DNA of 64,000 nt from an uncultured beta proteobacterium. Lineage in GTDB: Bacteria > Pseudomonadota > Gammaproteobacteria > Burkholderiales > SG8-39. The position numbers and the translations under genes were made by a program. The notes under the pieces are model-generated. The model had not been told where the DNA came from, did not search any database, and worked only from the letters and a program-made list of their open reading frames with translations. The stretch lies in the NCBI GenBank assembly GCA_963844255.1, contig CAWJNP010000035.1, positions 137 to 64,136 of the forward strand. The letters are read 5' to 3'. Below are positions 49,757 through 60,159 of the stretch, piece by piece (the stretch's first letter is position 1; the number at the start of each line of letters is the position of its first letter).

Positions 49757-49855
49757 TCAGCTCCCGAGCATCGCGCGCGCCAGCGCATAGAGAACCAACG
49801 TGAGCACGATGCCCGTGGCGGCGGTGCCGATCAGCGTATCCAGTGGATTACTCAT
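49757..49855 (-). CDS. Putative 32-aa single-TM small protein (MSNPLDTLIGTAATGIVLTLVLYALARAMLGS), translationally coupled to the DUF989-like gene
   Basis: The ATG is preceded by GGAG (spacing 8). Its TGA stop is separated by 1 nt from the ATG of the next gene (TGAgATG). It is below the six-frame track length cutoff. Confidence 0.4.
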   Translation of the reverse strand: MSNPLDTLIGTAATGIVLTLVLYALARAMLGS

Positions 49856-49868
49856 CTAGCTGCTCCAA

Positions 49869-49896
49869 GAAAAAACCCCGCGATCAGCGGGGTTTG
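49869..49896 (-). terminator. Rho-independent terminator downstream of sodB
   Basis: On the minus strand: AAACCCCGC-tgatc-GCGGGG followed by TTTTTTC. Confidence 0.8.
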
Positions 49897-49914
49897 AACG
49901 AGTCCGAGATGCGA

Positions 49915-50496
49915 TCAGCCGAAGTTCTTTGCGGCAAAATCCCAGTTGGCGAGGCTGTTGAGATAGGTCTCGACGAATTTCGGGCGCGCGTTGCGGAAGT
50001 CGATGTAGTAGGCATGCTCCCATACGTCGATCGTCAGCAGGGGCTTGTCCGCTCCGGTGAGCGGGCTGCCGGCATTCGAGGTGTTTGCGATATCCACCGA
50101 ACCGTCGGCCTTCTTTACCAGCCACGTCCAGCCGGAGCCAAAATTTCCGACCGCGCTCTTTGCGAAGGCATCCTTGAAAGCGTCGAACGAGCCCCACTTC
50201 TTGTCGATCGCTGCGGCCAGCGCGCCGCCCGGCTTGCCGCCCCCGCCTGGTTTCATGCTGTTCCAGAAAAACGTGTGGTTCCAGACCTGGGCCGCATTGT
50301 TGAATATGCCGGCCGAGGATTTCCTGATGATGTCCTCAAGGCTGGCGTTCTCGAATTCGCCGCCCTTGATCAGGTTGTTCAGGTTCGTGACATAGGCCTG
50401 ATGGTGCTTGCCATAATGGAACTCGAAGGTCTCCTTGGAGATGTGCGGAGCGAGTGCATCCATTGCGTAGGGAAGTTTCGGGAGTTGATGTTCCAT
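49915..50496 (-). CDS. sodB: Fe/Mn superoxide dismutase (Fe-SOD-like)
   Basis: 193 aa with metal ligands in the conserved HYGKHH, WEHAYY and DVWEHAYY contexts. Starts at ATG 50496 with a GAGGA Shine-Dalgarno. The longer 333-aa ORF is spurious upstream extension. Confidence 0.92.
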   Translation of the reverse strand: MEHQLPKLPYAMDALAPHISKETFEFHYGKHHQAYVTNLNNLIKGGEFENASLEDIIRKSSAGIFNNAAQVWNHTFFWNSMKPGGGGKPGGALAAAIDKKWGSFDAFKDAFAKSAVGNFGSGWTWLVKKADGSVDIANTSNAGSPLTGADKPLLTIDVWEHAYYIDFRNARPKFVETYLNSLANWDFAAKNFG

Positions 50497-50621
50497 GTAT
50501 CGTCCTCGGGGAGTTGGGAAATGGCGCCTTGGAAACGGAATTCTAGGGGAACCCGCGGGTGGCTGACAACGCGGGTTTAGCGCTGCCGCCGCAACTTTGC
50601 GGGAGCGATACGATACATCAA

Positions 50622-52349
50622 TCACGCGGGGGCTGGTGGCGTCGCGGCCGGGGTCTGTTCCGATTCTCCCGCAGTTCGTGCAGAAAGCGCATCCAGCGCA
50701 CCGGACTCGGTATAGAAGAAATTCCCCCGGCCTATCCGTTCCGCGAGGCCGGTACGCTCGAGGACTGTCATGACCTGAGCCTTCGTTGCGCTGAATACAA
50801 CAATGATGTTCTTCTTGCGCAATTCCTCGATCAGCGAGGTCAGCATTTCCACGCCGGATGCGTCGATATGATTGATCGCGCCGGCCGACACCAGAATGAA
50901 CCGCAGGCCGGTACATTCCTGCTCGAGGCGCAACACCGCCCCTTCAAAGTAGGCGGCGTTCACGAAGATCAGGGAGGCGTCGAAGCGCACGATGCCGAGA
51001 ATCCCCGGAAGTTCCGGCGGCACGTGCTCGCGCGCCATTGCCTCCGAACCGGCCGAAACGACCGTCAAGGTCGGGCGCATCCGGCGGTAGATGAACAAGC
51101 CGAGGGAGAGGATGATCCCCGTAAGAATCCCGTCCTGGATCTGTGGCGCGAATGCGAGCGTCGCGGCGAATGTGACCAACGCGGCAAACGCGTCGTCGCC
51201 GCTTGCGCGCCAGGCATTGCGCAGACTGCGTACGTTCACGAGGTTGCTCAGAACCATGATGATCACTGCGGCCAGCACCGGCTGGGGAAGATATTTCAGC
51301 AACGGAGTAAAGAACAGTATCGTCAGCAGCACGCACAGGGCGCATACGATCGAGGAGACCCCCGTTCTTGCGTTGGAGGCCAGGTTCAGCGCGGAGCGCG
51401 AAAACGAACCGCTCACAGGCATCGTGTGGCACAGGGCTGCGGCGATTTTCGCCAGCCCCTGACCGATCAGCTCCTGGTTCTCGTCCCACCGGGTGGCGGT
51501 CTTGATTGCCGCGATCTTTGCGCTCGACATGGCTTCCATGAAACTGATCACTGCGATGACGAAAGCGGCCGGGATCAGGGAAACAACCATGCCCCACTCG
51601 AGGTCCGGCAGTGAGATGCTAGGCAGCCCCCGCGGTATTTCGCCGACAATGCGCCCGCCGGCGGCGGCGTAGCCCAGAAAATAGCTGGCGGCGGTAAAGA
51701 CCACTGCCGTGATGAGCACACCCGGCCATTTCGGCCTGTAGCGGCGAAACGCCAGCAGCGAAGCCAGGGCGAAAAGGCCGCATGCAAGGGAAACGAAGTG
51801 CACGCGATCCGGATTGGTCAGCAGGAAGAACGCGTCCGAGATGACGTGCCCGGTGGCAGGCGGTTTCGCACCCAGGAGCACGGGGATCTGCGACAGCGTG
51901 ATGAGAATCGCGGCAGCGTTCACGAAACCCATCAGCACCGGATTCGACAGCAGGTTCATGAGTGCGCCGAGGCGCATCAGTCCGAACCCCAATTGGAACA
52001 AGCCTGCGAGCAATCCGACCGCAATGGCATAGCTGATGTATTCGGGCGCGTCGGCACCCGCCAGCTGGGCCACGCTCGCGGCGGTCAGCAGGGAAGTGAG
52101 TGCGACCGGGCCGGTCGACAGCTGCGCCGAGGATCCAAACAGCGCGCCGATAATCGTCGGGATCAGCGCTGCGTAGAGACCGTAGAACGCGGGCAGGCCC
52201 GCGAGCTGCGCGTACGCCAGAGATTGGGGAATCGCGACGAGCGCAACCGTGAGACCTGCCATCGCGTCGACGCGCAGGGTTTCGCGGTTCAACTTCGGCA
52301 CCCAGGCGAGGAACGGCAGCACGCGTTGGAGATAGGTCAGGGGGGCCAA
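50622..52349 (-). CDS. SulP-family anion (sulfate) permease with C-terminal STAS domain
   Basis: 575 aa. It carries the SulP signature region ([18 protein letters not shown]), 10-12 TM segments and a STAS fold at the C-terminus. Confidence 0.88.
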   Translation of the reverse strand: MAPLTYLQRVLPFLAWVPKLNRETLRVDAMAGLTVALVAIPQSLAYAQLAGLPAFYGLYAALIPTIIGALFGSSAQLSTGPVALTSLLTAASVAQLAGADAPEYISYAIAVGLLAGLFQLGFGLMRLGALMNLLSNPVLMGFVNAAAILITLSQIPVLLGAKPPATGHVISDAFFLLTNPDRVHFVSLACGLFALASLLAFRRYRPKWPGVLITAVVFTAASYFLGYAAAGGRIVGEIPRGLPSISLPDLEWGMVVSLIPAAFVIAVISFMEAMSSAKIAAIKTATRWDENQELIGQGLAKIAAALCHTMPVSGSFSRSALNLASNARTGVSSIVCALCVLLTILFFTPLLKYLPQPVLAAVIIMVLSNLVNVRSLRNAWRASGDDAFAALVTFAATLAFAPQIQDGILTGIILSLGLFIYRRMRPTLTVVSAGSEAMAREHVPPELPGILGIVRFDASLIFVNAAYFEGAVLRLEQECTGLRFILVSAGAINHIDASGVEMLTSLIEELRKKNIIVVFSATKAQVMTVLERTGLAERIGRGNFFYTESGALDALSARTAGESEQTPAATPPAPA

Positions 52350-52600
52350 TTTTCTGTTCCGGGCAGAAAAATCTGTTTGTTTTCTAGTATCTTAGCAGTA
52401 TGACTGCGCAAGCCGCGCGACTCTGCGCCGGCCGCGAAGCCGGGTTTCCGTTGCGTGGAGTGCCAGTTTCGCTATGCGTACGACAAACACGATGTCGCTG
52501 CGCGTGCACTCCCCGCGGTTGTGCAGACGGCTGTGAGTACAATCCCGCTGCGGGAACACTGGCCGGACTGGGCTGGGCCGCACCCTACCTGAAGATCTGA

Positions 52601-54094
52601 ATGGGCGCAGAAGAGAACATCGCACCGAAAATCAGCCTCGCGCGACAGCGCGAAGTCGTGGCTGCGCTGCGTGCGTTCATGCCTGAACACGCGGTGCTGT
52701 ACCGCGAGGAGGAAACGCGGCCTTACGAGTGTGACGGCCTGTCGGCCTATCGGCAGTTGCCGATGGTGGTCGCGCTACCGGAAACCGAAGACCAGGTGTC
52801 GCGCATCTTGAGGACCTGCTACGCGATGCGCGTGCCGGTGGTGCCGCGGGGCGCGGGGACGGGCCTGTCCGGTGGGGCACTGCCCTCGGCGGAAGGTGTG
52901 CTCCTGGGCATGGCGAAGTTCAACCGGATACTCTCGATCGACCCGCGTGCGTGCACCGCGCGTGTCCAGCCCGGCGTCAGAAACGCTGCAATCTCGGAGG
53001 CGGCTGCAATGCATCGCCTCTACTACGCGCCGGACCCGTCGAGCCAGATCGCCTGCACGATCGGCGGGAACATCGCCGAGAATTCGGGCGGACTGCACTG
53101 TCTGAAGTACGGCCTGACCGTGCACAATGTGTTGCGGGTGCGGGGCTACACGATCGAGGGCGAACCGGTCGAGTTCGGCTCCGAGGCGCTGGACGCACCC
53201 GGATTCGACCTGCTTGCGCTGGCCATCGGGTCGGAGGGCATGCTTGCGGTGACCGTGGAAGCGACGGTAAAGCTCGTCCCCAAACCGGAAGTGGCGCGAG
53301 TGATCATGGCCTCGTTTGCGCAAGTGGAGACGGCCGGCAATGCCGTGGCAGACATGATCGGCGCCGGCATCATCCCTGCGGGTCTGGAGATGATGGACCG
53401 GCCCGCGACGCACGCGGTGGAGGAGTTTGTGCACGCGGGCTACGATCTCGATGCCGCGGCGATCCTGTTGTGCGAGTCCGACGGAACCCCTGAAGAGGTG
53501 GCCGAGGAAATCGGGCGCATGAAGGATGTCCTGTCGCGCTCGGGCGCGACGCAGCTGCGGGTTTCAGAGAGCGAGGCGGAGCGCATCCGCTTCTGGGCCG
53601 GACGCAAGGCCGCATTCCCTGCCGTGGGACGGATATCTCCGGATTACTACTGCATGGACGGAACCATCCCGAAAAAGCGTCTGGGCGAAATGCTGGGCTT
53701 CATCGCCGAGATGGAACAGAAGTACGGGCTGCGCTGCCCGAACGTATTTCACGCGGGCGACGGCAACCTGCATCCGCTGATTCTCTATGATGCTAACGCC
53801 CCTGACGAACTGCGCCGCACAGAGGAGTTTGCCGCCGAAGTTCTGGAAAAATGTGTGGCTGTCGGGGGGACGATCACCGGCGAGCACGGCGTGGGGATCG
53901 AGAAGATCAACCAGATGTGCGTCCAGTTCGGAGCGCGGGAAATCGAGTTGTTTCTTGCGGTAAAGAAGGCCTACGACGAGCACGGCTTGCTCAATCCGGG
54001 CAAGAACATTCCGACCCTGCACCGGTGCGCCGAATACGGCCGCATGCATGTTCATGCGGGCCGGTTGCCATTCGCCGACCTGCCGCGGTTCTGA
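52601..54094 (+). CDS. glcD: Glycolate oxidase FAD-linked subunit GlcD
   Basis: 497 aa with PCMH FAD-binding and a C-terminal oxidase domain. It is followed by glcE and glcF. Confidence 0.9.
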   Translation: MGAEENIAPKISLARQREVVAALRAFMPEHAVLYREEETRPYECDGLSAYRQLPMVVALPETEDQVSRILRTCYAMRVPVVPRGAGTGLSGGALPSAEGVLLGMAKFNRILSIDPRACTARVQPGVRNAAISEAAAMHRLYYAPDPSSQIACTIGGNIAENSGGLHCLKYGLTVHNVLRVRGYTIEGEPVEFGSEALDAPGFDLLALAIGSEGMLAVTVEATVKLVPKPEVARVIMASFAQVETAGNAVADMIGAGIIPAGLEMMDRPATHAVEEFVHAGYDLDAAAILLCESDGTPEEVAEEIGRMKDVLSRSGATQLRVSESEAERIRFWAGRKAAFPAVGRISPDYYCMDGTIPKKRLGEMLGFIAEMEQKYGLRCPNVFHAGDGNLHPLILYDANAPDELRRTEEFAAEVLEKCVAVGGTITGEHGVGIEKINQMCVQFGAREIELFLAVKKAYDEHGLLNPGKNIPTLHRCAEYGRMHVHAGRLPFADLPRF

Positions 54095-54095
54095 C

Positions 54096-55184
54096 ATGGG
54101 GCTCGCTGCAGACAGCACGCTGAGCCGTTTTGCGGACCGTATTCGCGCTGCGTCAGAAGGTGGCGGCCGCTTGTGCATCCGCGGGCGCGGCACCAAGGAC
54201 TTCTACGGCGGGCCGCTCGAGGGCGACACGCTGGACGCGAGCGAATACAAGGGCATCACCAGTTACGAGCCAACGGAACTGGTGCTGACTGCGCGCTGTG
54301 GAACCCCGCTCGCCGAAATCGAGGAAGCACTTGCCGCACGGCACCAGATGCTGGCCTTCGAGCCGCCGCACTTCGGGTCGGGTGCCACTGTGGGGGGATG
54401 CATCGCGGCGGGCCTGGCGGGTCCGCGACGCGCAGCCAACGGGCTCTACTACGGCGCCGTACGCGATTTCGTCCTGGGTTGCAGTCTCATGGACGGTCGC
54501 GGCAACGCCATGCGCTTTGGCGGGCAGGTGATGAAGAACGTTGCCGGTTACGACGTGTCCCGGCTGGCCGTGGGTTCAATGGGCACACTCGGACTGATTC
54601 TGGACGTGTCGTTGAAAGTACTGCCGATCCCCGTGGCTTCGGGAACCCTCCGATTCGCCATGAACGAGCGGGATACGCTTGCGAAGCTCAACGAATGGGC
54701 GGGACTGCCGCTGCCGGTCAGCGCGAGCGTCTGGACTCAGGGCACCCTTACGGTGCGACTCGAGGGTGCTGCGGCTGCGGTCGACGCCGCGCGCGGCAGA
54801 TTGGGCGGCGAGTCTGTCGAAGCGACACACGCTGTACCGTTCTGGCGAGGCATACGCGAACAGGAAGACGAATTTTTCGCCCAGCCCGGCGCGCTGTGGC
54901 GCCTCTCGCTGCCCTCGACCGCTGGTCCGGTTTCTCTCGCGGGCGAACAGCTCATCGAATGGGGTGGTGCGTTGCGCTGGTGGAAAACCGGTGCGGACGC
55001 GTCCACGGTGCGGGCAATTGCAAAGGCAGCCGGCGGGCACGCGACCCTGTTCCGCGGCGGCGACCGCCAGGCAGGTGCTTTTTCTCCACTGGATGCGGTA
55101 CTTTCCCGCCTGCATCGGAACCTCAAGGCGACCTTCGACCCGGCCGGTGTCTTCAACCATGGCCGGCTGTACCCCGAATGGTGA
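54096..55184 (+). CDS. glcE: Glycolate oxidase FAD-binding subunit GlcE
   Basis: Starts at ATG 54096, overlapping the glcD stop (TGAcATG). Truncated PCMH FAD-binding domain typical of GlcE. Confidence 0.85.
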   Translation: MGLAADSTLSRFADRIRAASEGGGRLCIRGRGTKDFYGGPLEGDTLDASEYKGITSYEPTELVLTARCGTPLAEIEEALAARHQMLAFEPPHFGSGATVGGCIAAGLAGPRRAANGLYYGAVRDFVLGCSLMDGRGNAMRFGGQVMKNVAGYDVSRLAVGSMGTLGLILDVSLKVLPIPVASGTLRFAMNERDTLAKLNEWAGLPLPVSASVWTQGTLTVRLEGAAAAVDAARGRLGGESVEATHAVPFWRGIREQEDEFFAQPGALWRLSLPSTAGPVSLAGEQLIEWGGALRWWKTGADASTVRAIAKAAGGHATLFRGGDRQAGAFSPLDAVLSRLHRNLKATFDPAGVFNHGRLYPEW

Positions 55185-55227
55185 GCTCGGTGACCTCAGT
55201 GAACTCCGAGAGCCTGGTGAGCCGGCC

Positions 55228-55878
55228 TCAGGACGAAGTTTGCGCCTGCCGCTGCAGTTCTTCGGCACGCGCGCGTGCAAAGTTAGCGAACCCCGCCTCA
55301 GGATACCGTTCGACGAGTTCCAGATACAGGCGGCGTGCTGTTTCCAGCTGCCCCGAGACCGCGGCCTTTCCTGCGACCTCTGCGAGCTTCTTCTCTGCGG
55401 CGACGGCGTCGCCGGCCGCGATCGCGCCCGCATGCAGTGCCCATCCGGCATCAAGGTATGCGCGTCTTTCCAGCAGCGTCTGGCCGAGTTTGTCGAGTGT
55501 GCCGGCATCGAGCGTGAGTTGGTCGCGCAGGGCGGAAAATTCTTCGAACAGGCCCGCCGCGAGCGCCATGTCCGTTGATCTCACGGCTGATGCGATCGAA
55601 CGCGTCGCAAGTGCCGCCCGGGACAGGCGAGGCATTTCCCGGGCTTGCACGGGCGCTATGGGTGTTTCAGGGATTTCGGGTGCGGCGTCCGCAGACTGCA
55701 GGAACGCAGCGAAGCGCTCCTCTTCGTCCGTTTGTGCGGCGCTGCCTTCGCGCCGGTCGTTCCACGCGTATGCCGCCAGCGCGACCATCGGCGCGACGAA
55801 TGCTCCCCAGAAGCCGAATCCGGCGTATCCGGCGATGGCGGCGAGCGAAAATATGACGGACCAGTTTCGGCGACGCAC
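55228..55878 (-). CDS. Hypothetical membrane-anchored protein (2 N-terminal TM, acidic linker, helical C-terminus) encoded antisense between glcE and glcF
   Basis: GTG start with a GAAGG Shine-Dalgarno. It occupies the otherwise unexplained 800-bp glcE-glcF gap. The composition is protein-like, but it could be a spurious high-GC ORF. Confidence 0.45.
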   Translation of the reverse strand: MRRRNWSVIFSLAAIAGYAGFGFWGAFVAPMVALAAYAWNDRREGSAAQTDEEERFAAFLQSADAAPEIPETPIAPVQAREMPRLSRAALATRSIASAVRSTDMALAAGLFEEFSALRDQLTLDAGTLDKLGQTLLERRAYLDAGWALHAGAIAAGDAVAAEKKLAEVAGKAAVSGQLETARRLYLELVERYPEAGFANFARARAEELQRQAQTSS

Positions 55879-55989
55879 GGACCCAGCCTTCGTGTAAATC
55901 CCTGAGTACTATAACTTCTTGTACGGCCGGTCTCCAGAGTACGAGGCGGGCGTCCTTCAGCACCATCAACAGGCAGCAGCAAAGAACGA

Positions 55990-57234
55990 ATGCAGACCAG
56001 TCTTGCCGAGTTCATCCGCGATACGCCCGAAGGCCGAGAGGCCGACGCGATCCTGCGCAAATGCGTGCACTGCGGTTTTTGTACCGCGACCTGCCCGACC
56101 TACCAGCTACTGGGTGACGAGCTGGACAGTCCGCGCGGGCGGATCTATCTGATCAAGCAGGCGCTGGAGGGCGAGGCAGTCACTTCGCAGACGCAGCTGC
56201 ATCTCGACCGTTGCCTCACCTGCCGCTCCTGCGAGACCACCTGTCCCTCCGGCGTCGAGTATGGTCGCCTGGTCGACATCGGACGAAAGGTCGTGGAAGA
56301 GCGTGTGCCGAGGAGCGCATGGGCTGCAATGCAACGCACGGTGCTTGCCGCGGTGCTGCCGCGCACGGGCCTGTTCAGTGCGCTGCTGGCCTTGGGCCGG
56401 GCAGTGCGGCCGGCGCTGCCCGGTGGTTTGCGCGACAAGATTCCAGCACCGGCTGCCCCGGCCGGCACCTGGCCGTCGCCGCGACATGCACGGAAAATGC
56501 TGGTGCTGGCCGGTTGCGTGCAGCCGGGGTTGGCCCCGGACATCAACGCGGCGGCGGCTCGCGTGCTCGACCGGCTCGGGATTTCGCTGGTGGAGGCCGG
56601 CGGCGCGGGCTGCTGCGGCGCCGTGCGATTTCACCTCAATGCCCAGGCCGCGGGACTCGCCGACATGCGCGCACTGATCGATTTCTGGTGGCCGCACGTT
56701 GAGGCAGGGGCGGAAGCGATTGTGATGACGGCGAGCGGCTGCGGCGCGACGGTGAAGGAGTATGGGCATCTGCTGCGAGATGATCCCGTATACCGCGACA
56801 GGGCTGCGCGCATCTCCGGCATGACGCTGGATCTCTCGCAGGTCGTGGCGGCTGAGCGCTCGACATTGACGGCACTGTTGCCGGCACAGACGGCAGCGAG
56901 CGACCGGATCGCGTTTCATTCCCCGTGCACGCTGCAGCATGGGCAGAAACTGGGTGGAGTCGTCGAGCAGCTGTTGGTTGCCGCTGGCTTCGAACTGTCC
57001 CCGGTGACGGATGCACACCTGTGTTGTGGGTCTGCAGGCACCTACTCGATCCTTCAGCCGGAACTGTCTCAGCGGCTGCGCGCCGGCAAGCTGGACTCGC
57101 TGCAGGCAGGCAAGCCCGCCGCGATCGTTACGGCAAACATCGGTTGCCTCACCCATCTTCAATCGGGGACAGGGACACCGGTGCTGCACTGGATCGAGCT
57201 TCTCGATCGGCGCCTGCAGGCAGACTCCGCATAG
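55990..57234 (+). CDS. glcF: Glycolate oxidase iron-sulfur subunit GlcF
   Basis: Two ferredoxin-type CxxCxxCxxxCP motifs at the N-terminus plus two CCG domains. Confidence 0.9.
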   Translation: MQTSLAEFIRDTPEGREADAILRKCVHCGFCTATCPTYQLLGDELDSPRGRIYLIKQALEGEAVTSQTQLHLDRCLTCRSCETTCPSGVEYGRLVDIGRKVVEERVPRSAWAAMQRTVLAAVLPRTGLFSALLALGRAVRPALPGGLRDKIPAPAAPAGTWPSPRHARKMLVLAGCVQPGLAPDINAAAARVLDRLGISLVEAGGAGCCGAVRFHLNAQAAGLADMRALIDFWWPHVEAGAEAIVMTASGCGATVKEYGHLLRDDPVYRDRAARISGMTLDLSQVVAAERSTLTALLPAQTAASDRIAFHSPCTLQHGQKLGGVVEQLLVAAGFELSPVTDAHLCCGSAGTYSILQPELSQRLRAGKLDSLQAGKPAAIVTANIGCLTHLQSGTGTPVLHWIELLDRRLQADSA

Positions 57235-57412
57235 CGGAAGTGCGATCGAGGCGGTGCTGAAATCGCTGGAGGCGATGAGGGCTTCGGAATTCGCGAGGGT
57301 TCACCGTCCGTGCGCCACCGGCGTACCGTTCGTCGGAATCTGCCGGGCGAAGTGAAAGAAATCGTCACGCGCGCGCATTGCTACCCGGCGTGCGCTGCGG
57401 TCGGCAACTAAG

Positions 57413-60124
57413 GTGGCGTATCGATATAGAAGCGAAGGGGGGGCGATGAATACAGCAGGCCACGCCCGGGATGGTTCAGAGTTCGTAGCGGAGCAGGCGG
57501 GTCGCGCTTTCGATGCGGCCAGGATCTCGCATCTGTATCGCAGCGCGGTTCCCGCGTACATCGCGTCTCCCGTATACGTAGGCATGCTGATGCTCGTGCT
57601 CTGGGAAACCGATTCCGCGGGACCACTGCTTGCCTGGTTCACCGGAATGGTGACGTTGAGCCTGATTCGAGCCGCCGTGCACTTCGCCTACATACGCTCC
57701 GATCAGTCGGATTTCGCGCTCTGGGAGCGGCGGTTCGTTCTGGGCACGCTGGCGGTCGGAGCGGCCTGGGCGGCCGCCCCCCTGCTGTTTTTCCCGTCCG
57801 CCACGCTGGTGGGAAAGCTGGCGATCGTCTTCGTGATCGGCGGAGCGTTGATCGGTGCAGCAGGGCTGTATTCGGCGAGCCGCGCCGCCTTCCTCGCCTT
57901 CCTGGTGTTTCCGATGGCCGGATCGACCTACAGCCTCGTAGTGCAGCCCGGCAATGCGTACCGCATGATGGCCGTGATGCTGGTTCTGTTCATCGTCCTG
58001 CTTGCACTGGTCTATTCCCAGTTGCGGCGCAGTGTGACGGCGACGCTTCGGATCCGGTTCAGGAATGATGCCCTGATCGATCGTCTGGCCGCCAGTGAGG
58101 GTCGTCTGCGCGATGCGATCGAGAATTCGCCCGACGGCATCGCGCTGTACGACAAAAGCGACAGGCTGGTCACCTGCAATGCGACATTTGCGGCCCTGTA
58201 CGCGCCGGGGAAGGGCCCCGATACTCTGGAGGGAACGCCATTCCGCGCTATCGCAGAGGCTGCGTTCGACCATGCGGAGCGTATCCCGGAGGGGGCGCGC
58301 GCCGACCGCGACGGCTGGATCGAGGCTCGCGTGCAGCGCCATCTTGCGGGTGACGGCGCGTTGCGCCAGTACCGTGCCCGCGATGGCCGCTGGCTCCAGG
58401 GCAAGACGGTACGCACGCCACTGGGAGGGCTGGTCGGCGTGTTCACTGACATCAGCGAGGCCAAGCGCGCCCAGGCCGCATATCAGTCGCTGGTTGCAGA
58501 GGAAGACATGATTTTCGACGTCCTCCCGGTAGGCATCATGTTCGTGGAACAACGCCGGATCGTGCGCTGCAACCGGCGGATGGAACAGATGCTCGGTTAC
58601 GAACCCGGGGAGCTCATAGGCAAGGCCACCCGGGATCTGTACGGTTCGGAACGCTCGTGGAAAACGGTCGGAAACGATATCTATGCACGGCTCAAGCGCG
58701 GGGTGATTGTGGAGGACGACACGCGGCTGATCTGCAAGGACGGATCCACGCTGTGGTGCCGCAGCCTGGGAAGGGCGATCGACAGCAACCAGCCGGAAGC
58801 GGGCGCAATATTTGCGATCTCCGACGTACACGAGCGACATGCGGCCGAACGCGCATTGCGCGAGAGTGAGGCGATGTATCGAAATCTGGTCGAAACATCG
58901 AACGATCTGATCTGGTCGGTCGATCTCGAGGGACGATGGACCTATCTGAACGGGGTCGCCGTGCGCCGCATCTGGGGTGGTGCTGCCTCGGAGATGCTGG
59001 GCAAGCCCTTCAAGAACTACGTTTCACCCGAGGTCCGCGAGAGGGACCAGGCGGTATTCGGCCGGATACTCGCGGGTGAGCATGTGCAGAATTACGAAAC
59101 GCGCCACCTGCGTGGCGACGGCGGGCATGTCGACCTATCCTTCAACGTGATACCCCTGCGCGACCCGTCCGGCGCGATCATCGGTGCCACCGGTACGGCG
59201 CGCGACGTTACCCAGGCCAAGCTGGCCGATGCGGCGCTCTACGAGAGCGTGGAAAGGCTGCGCCTTGCGGTCGATGCAGCCGATCTCTACTACTGGGAAT
59301 GGAGCGTATCGGAGGACAGGTTCTCCTGGGGCCGCGAACCCGGTGGGCTGCTCGGCTCACCTGCCGAGGACGGGCAGCCGTATCCGGACCTGCGCACCCT
59401 CGTACACGCCGACGACCGCGAGCGTTTCAACGCGGCTGCGAAGCGGACGCTTGAAACGGGTGAAGCCTACTTCTGCGAATTCCGAATCGTGGGGCCCGAG
59501 GGGCGTATCCGCTGGCTAGCCGCGCGTGGCAAGCTGGTCTCCGGGAACGGCGGCCGGGCCGAGCGAATCATCGGTGTGTCGCAGGACGTCAGCGACAGAA
59601 AACGCCACGAGGAGGAAGTCCAGTTCCTTGCATATCACGACACCCTGACGGGACTGCCGAACCGGCGCCTGCTTGACGACCGCCTGCGGCAGGCGGTGTA
59701 CTCGGCCCAGCGGCGCGATGCGCGACTTGCGGTGATGGTGATCGACCTGGACCACTTCAAGAACGTCAACGATACGCTCGGACACAAGGCGGGCGACGCG
59801 GTGCTGCGCGAAGTCGCCAACCGACTGGCAGGCTGCGTTCGCAAGGCCGACACGCTTGCCCGGCAGGGCGGGGACGAGTTTGTAATCGTGATCCCCGAAC
59901 TGCCCCTGGAAGCGGATTGTGCCGTGGTGGCGGAAAAGATCCTGCGTACCCTGTCACCTGAAATCCTCGTCGATGGACGGGGATTCACCATCGGGGCGAG
60001 CATCGGGATCAGCCAGTTTCCCGGAGACGCGGGCGACGGGGAGTCGTTGCTGCGAAACGCGGATGTCGCCATGTATCGCGCCAAGGAACTCGGCCGCAAC
60101 AACTACCGTTTCTACGGAAGGTAA
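57413..60124 (+). CDS. Membrane-anchored sensor diguanylate cyclase (about 6 TM, 3-4 PAS/PAC, GGDEF)
   Basis: 903 aa. It has an intact GGDEF active site (RQGGDEFVIV) and an I-site RxxD, and no EAL domain. Confidence 0.88.
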   Translation: MAYRYRSEGGAMNTAGHARDGSEFVAEQAGRAFDAARISHLYRSAVPAYIASPVYVGMLMLVLWETDSAGPLLAWFTGMVTLSLIRAAVHFAYIRSDQSDFALWERRFVLGTLAVGAAWAAAPLLFFPSATLVGKLAIVFVIGGALIGAAGLYSASRAAFLAFLVFPMAGSTYSLVVQPGNAYRMMAVMLVLFIVLLALVYSQLRRSVTATLRIRFRNDALIDRLAASEGRLRDAIENSPDGIALYDKSDRLVTCNATFAALYAPGKGPDTLEGTPFRAIAEAAFDHAERIPEGARADRDGWIEARVQRHLAGDGALRQYRARDGRWLQGKTVRTPLGGLVGVFTDISEAKRAQAAYQSLVAEEDMIFDVLPVGIMFVEQRRIVRCNRRMEQMLGYEPGELIGKATRDLYGSERSWKTVGNDIYARLKRGVIVEDDTRLICKDGSTLWCRSLGRAIDSNQPEAGAIFAISDVHERHAAERALRESEAMYRNLVETSNDLIWSVDLEGRWTYLNGVAVRRIWGGAASEMLGKPFKNYVSPEVRERDQAVFGRILAGEHVQNYETRHLRGDGGHVDLSFNVIPLRDPSGAIIGATGTARDVTQAKLADAALYESVERLRLAVDAADLYYWEWSVSEDRFSWGREPGGLLGSPAEDGQPYPDLRTLVHADDRERFNAAAKRTLETGEAYFCEFRIVGPEGRIRWLAARGKLVSGNGGRAERIIGVSQDVSDRKRHEEEVQFLAYHDTLTGLPNRRLLDDRLRQAVYSAQRRDARLAVMVIDLDHFKNVNDTLGHKAGDAVLREVANRLAGCVRKADTLARQGGDEFVIVIPELPLEADCAVVAEKILRTLSPEILVDGRGFTIGASIGISQFPGDAGDGESLLRNADVAMYRAKELGRNNYRFYGR

Positions 60125-60159
60125 CTGAGGGCCCCGCGCCTGCGGTAGAGTGCGGGCCC

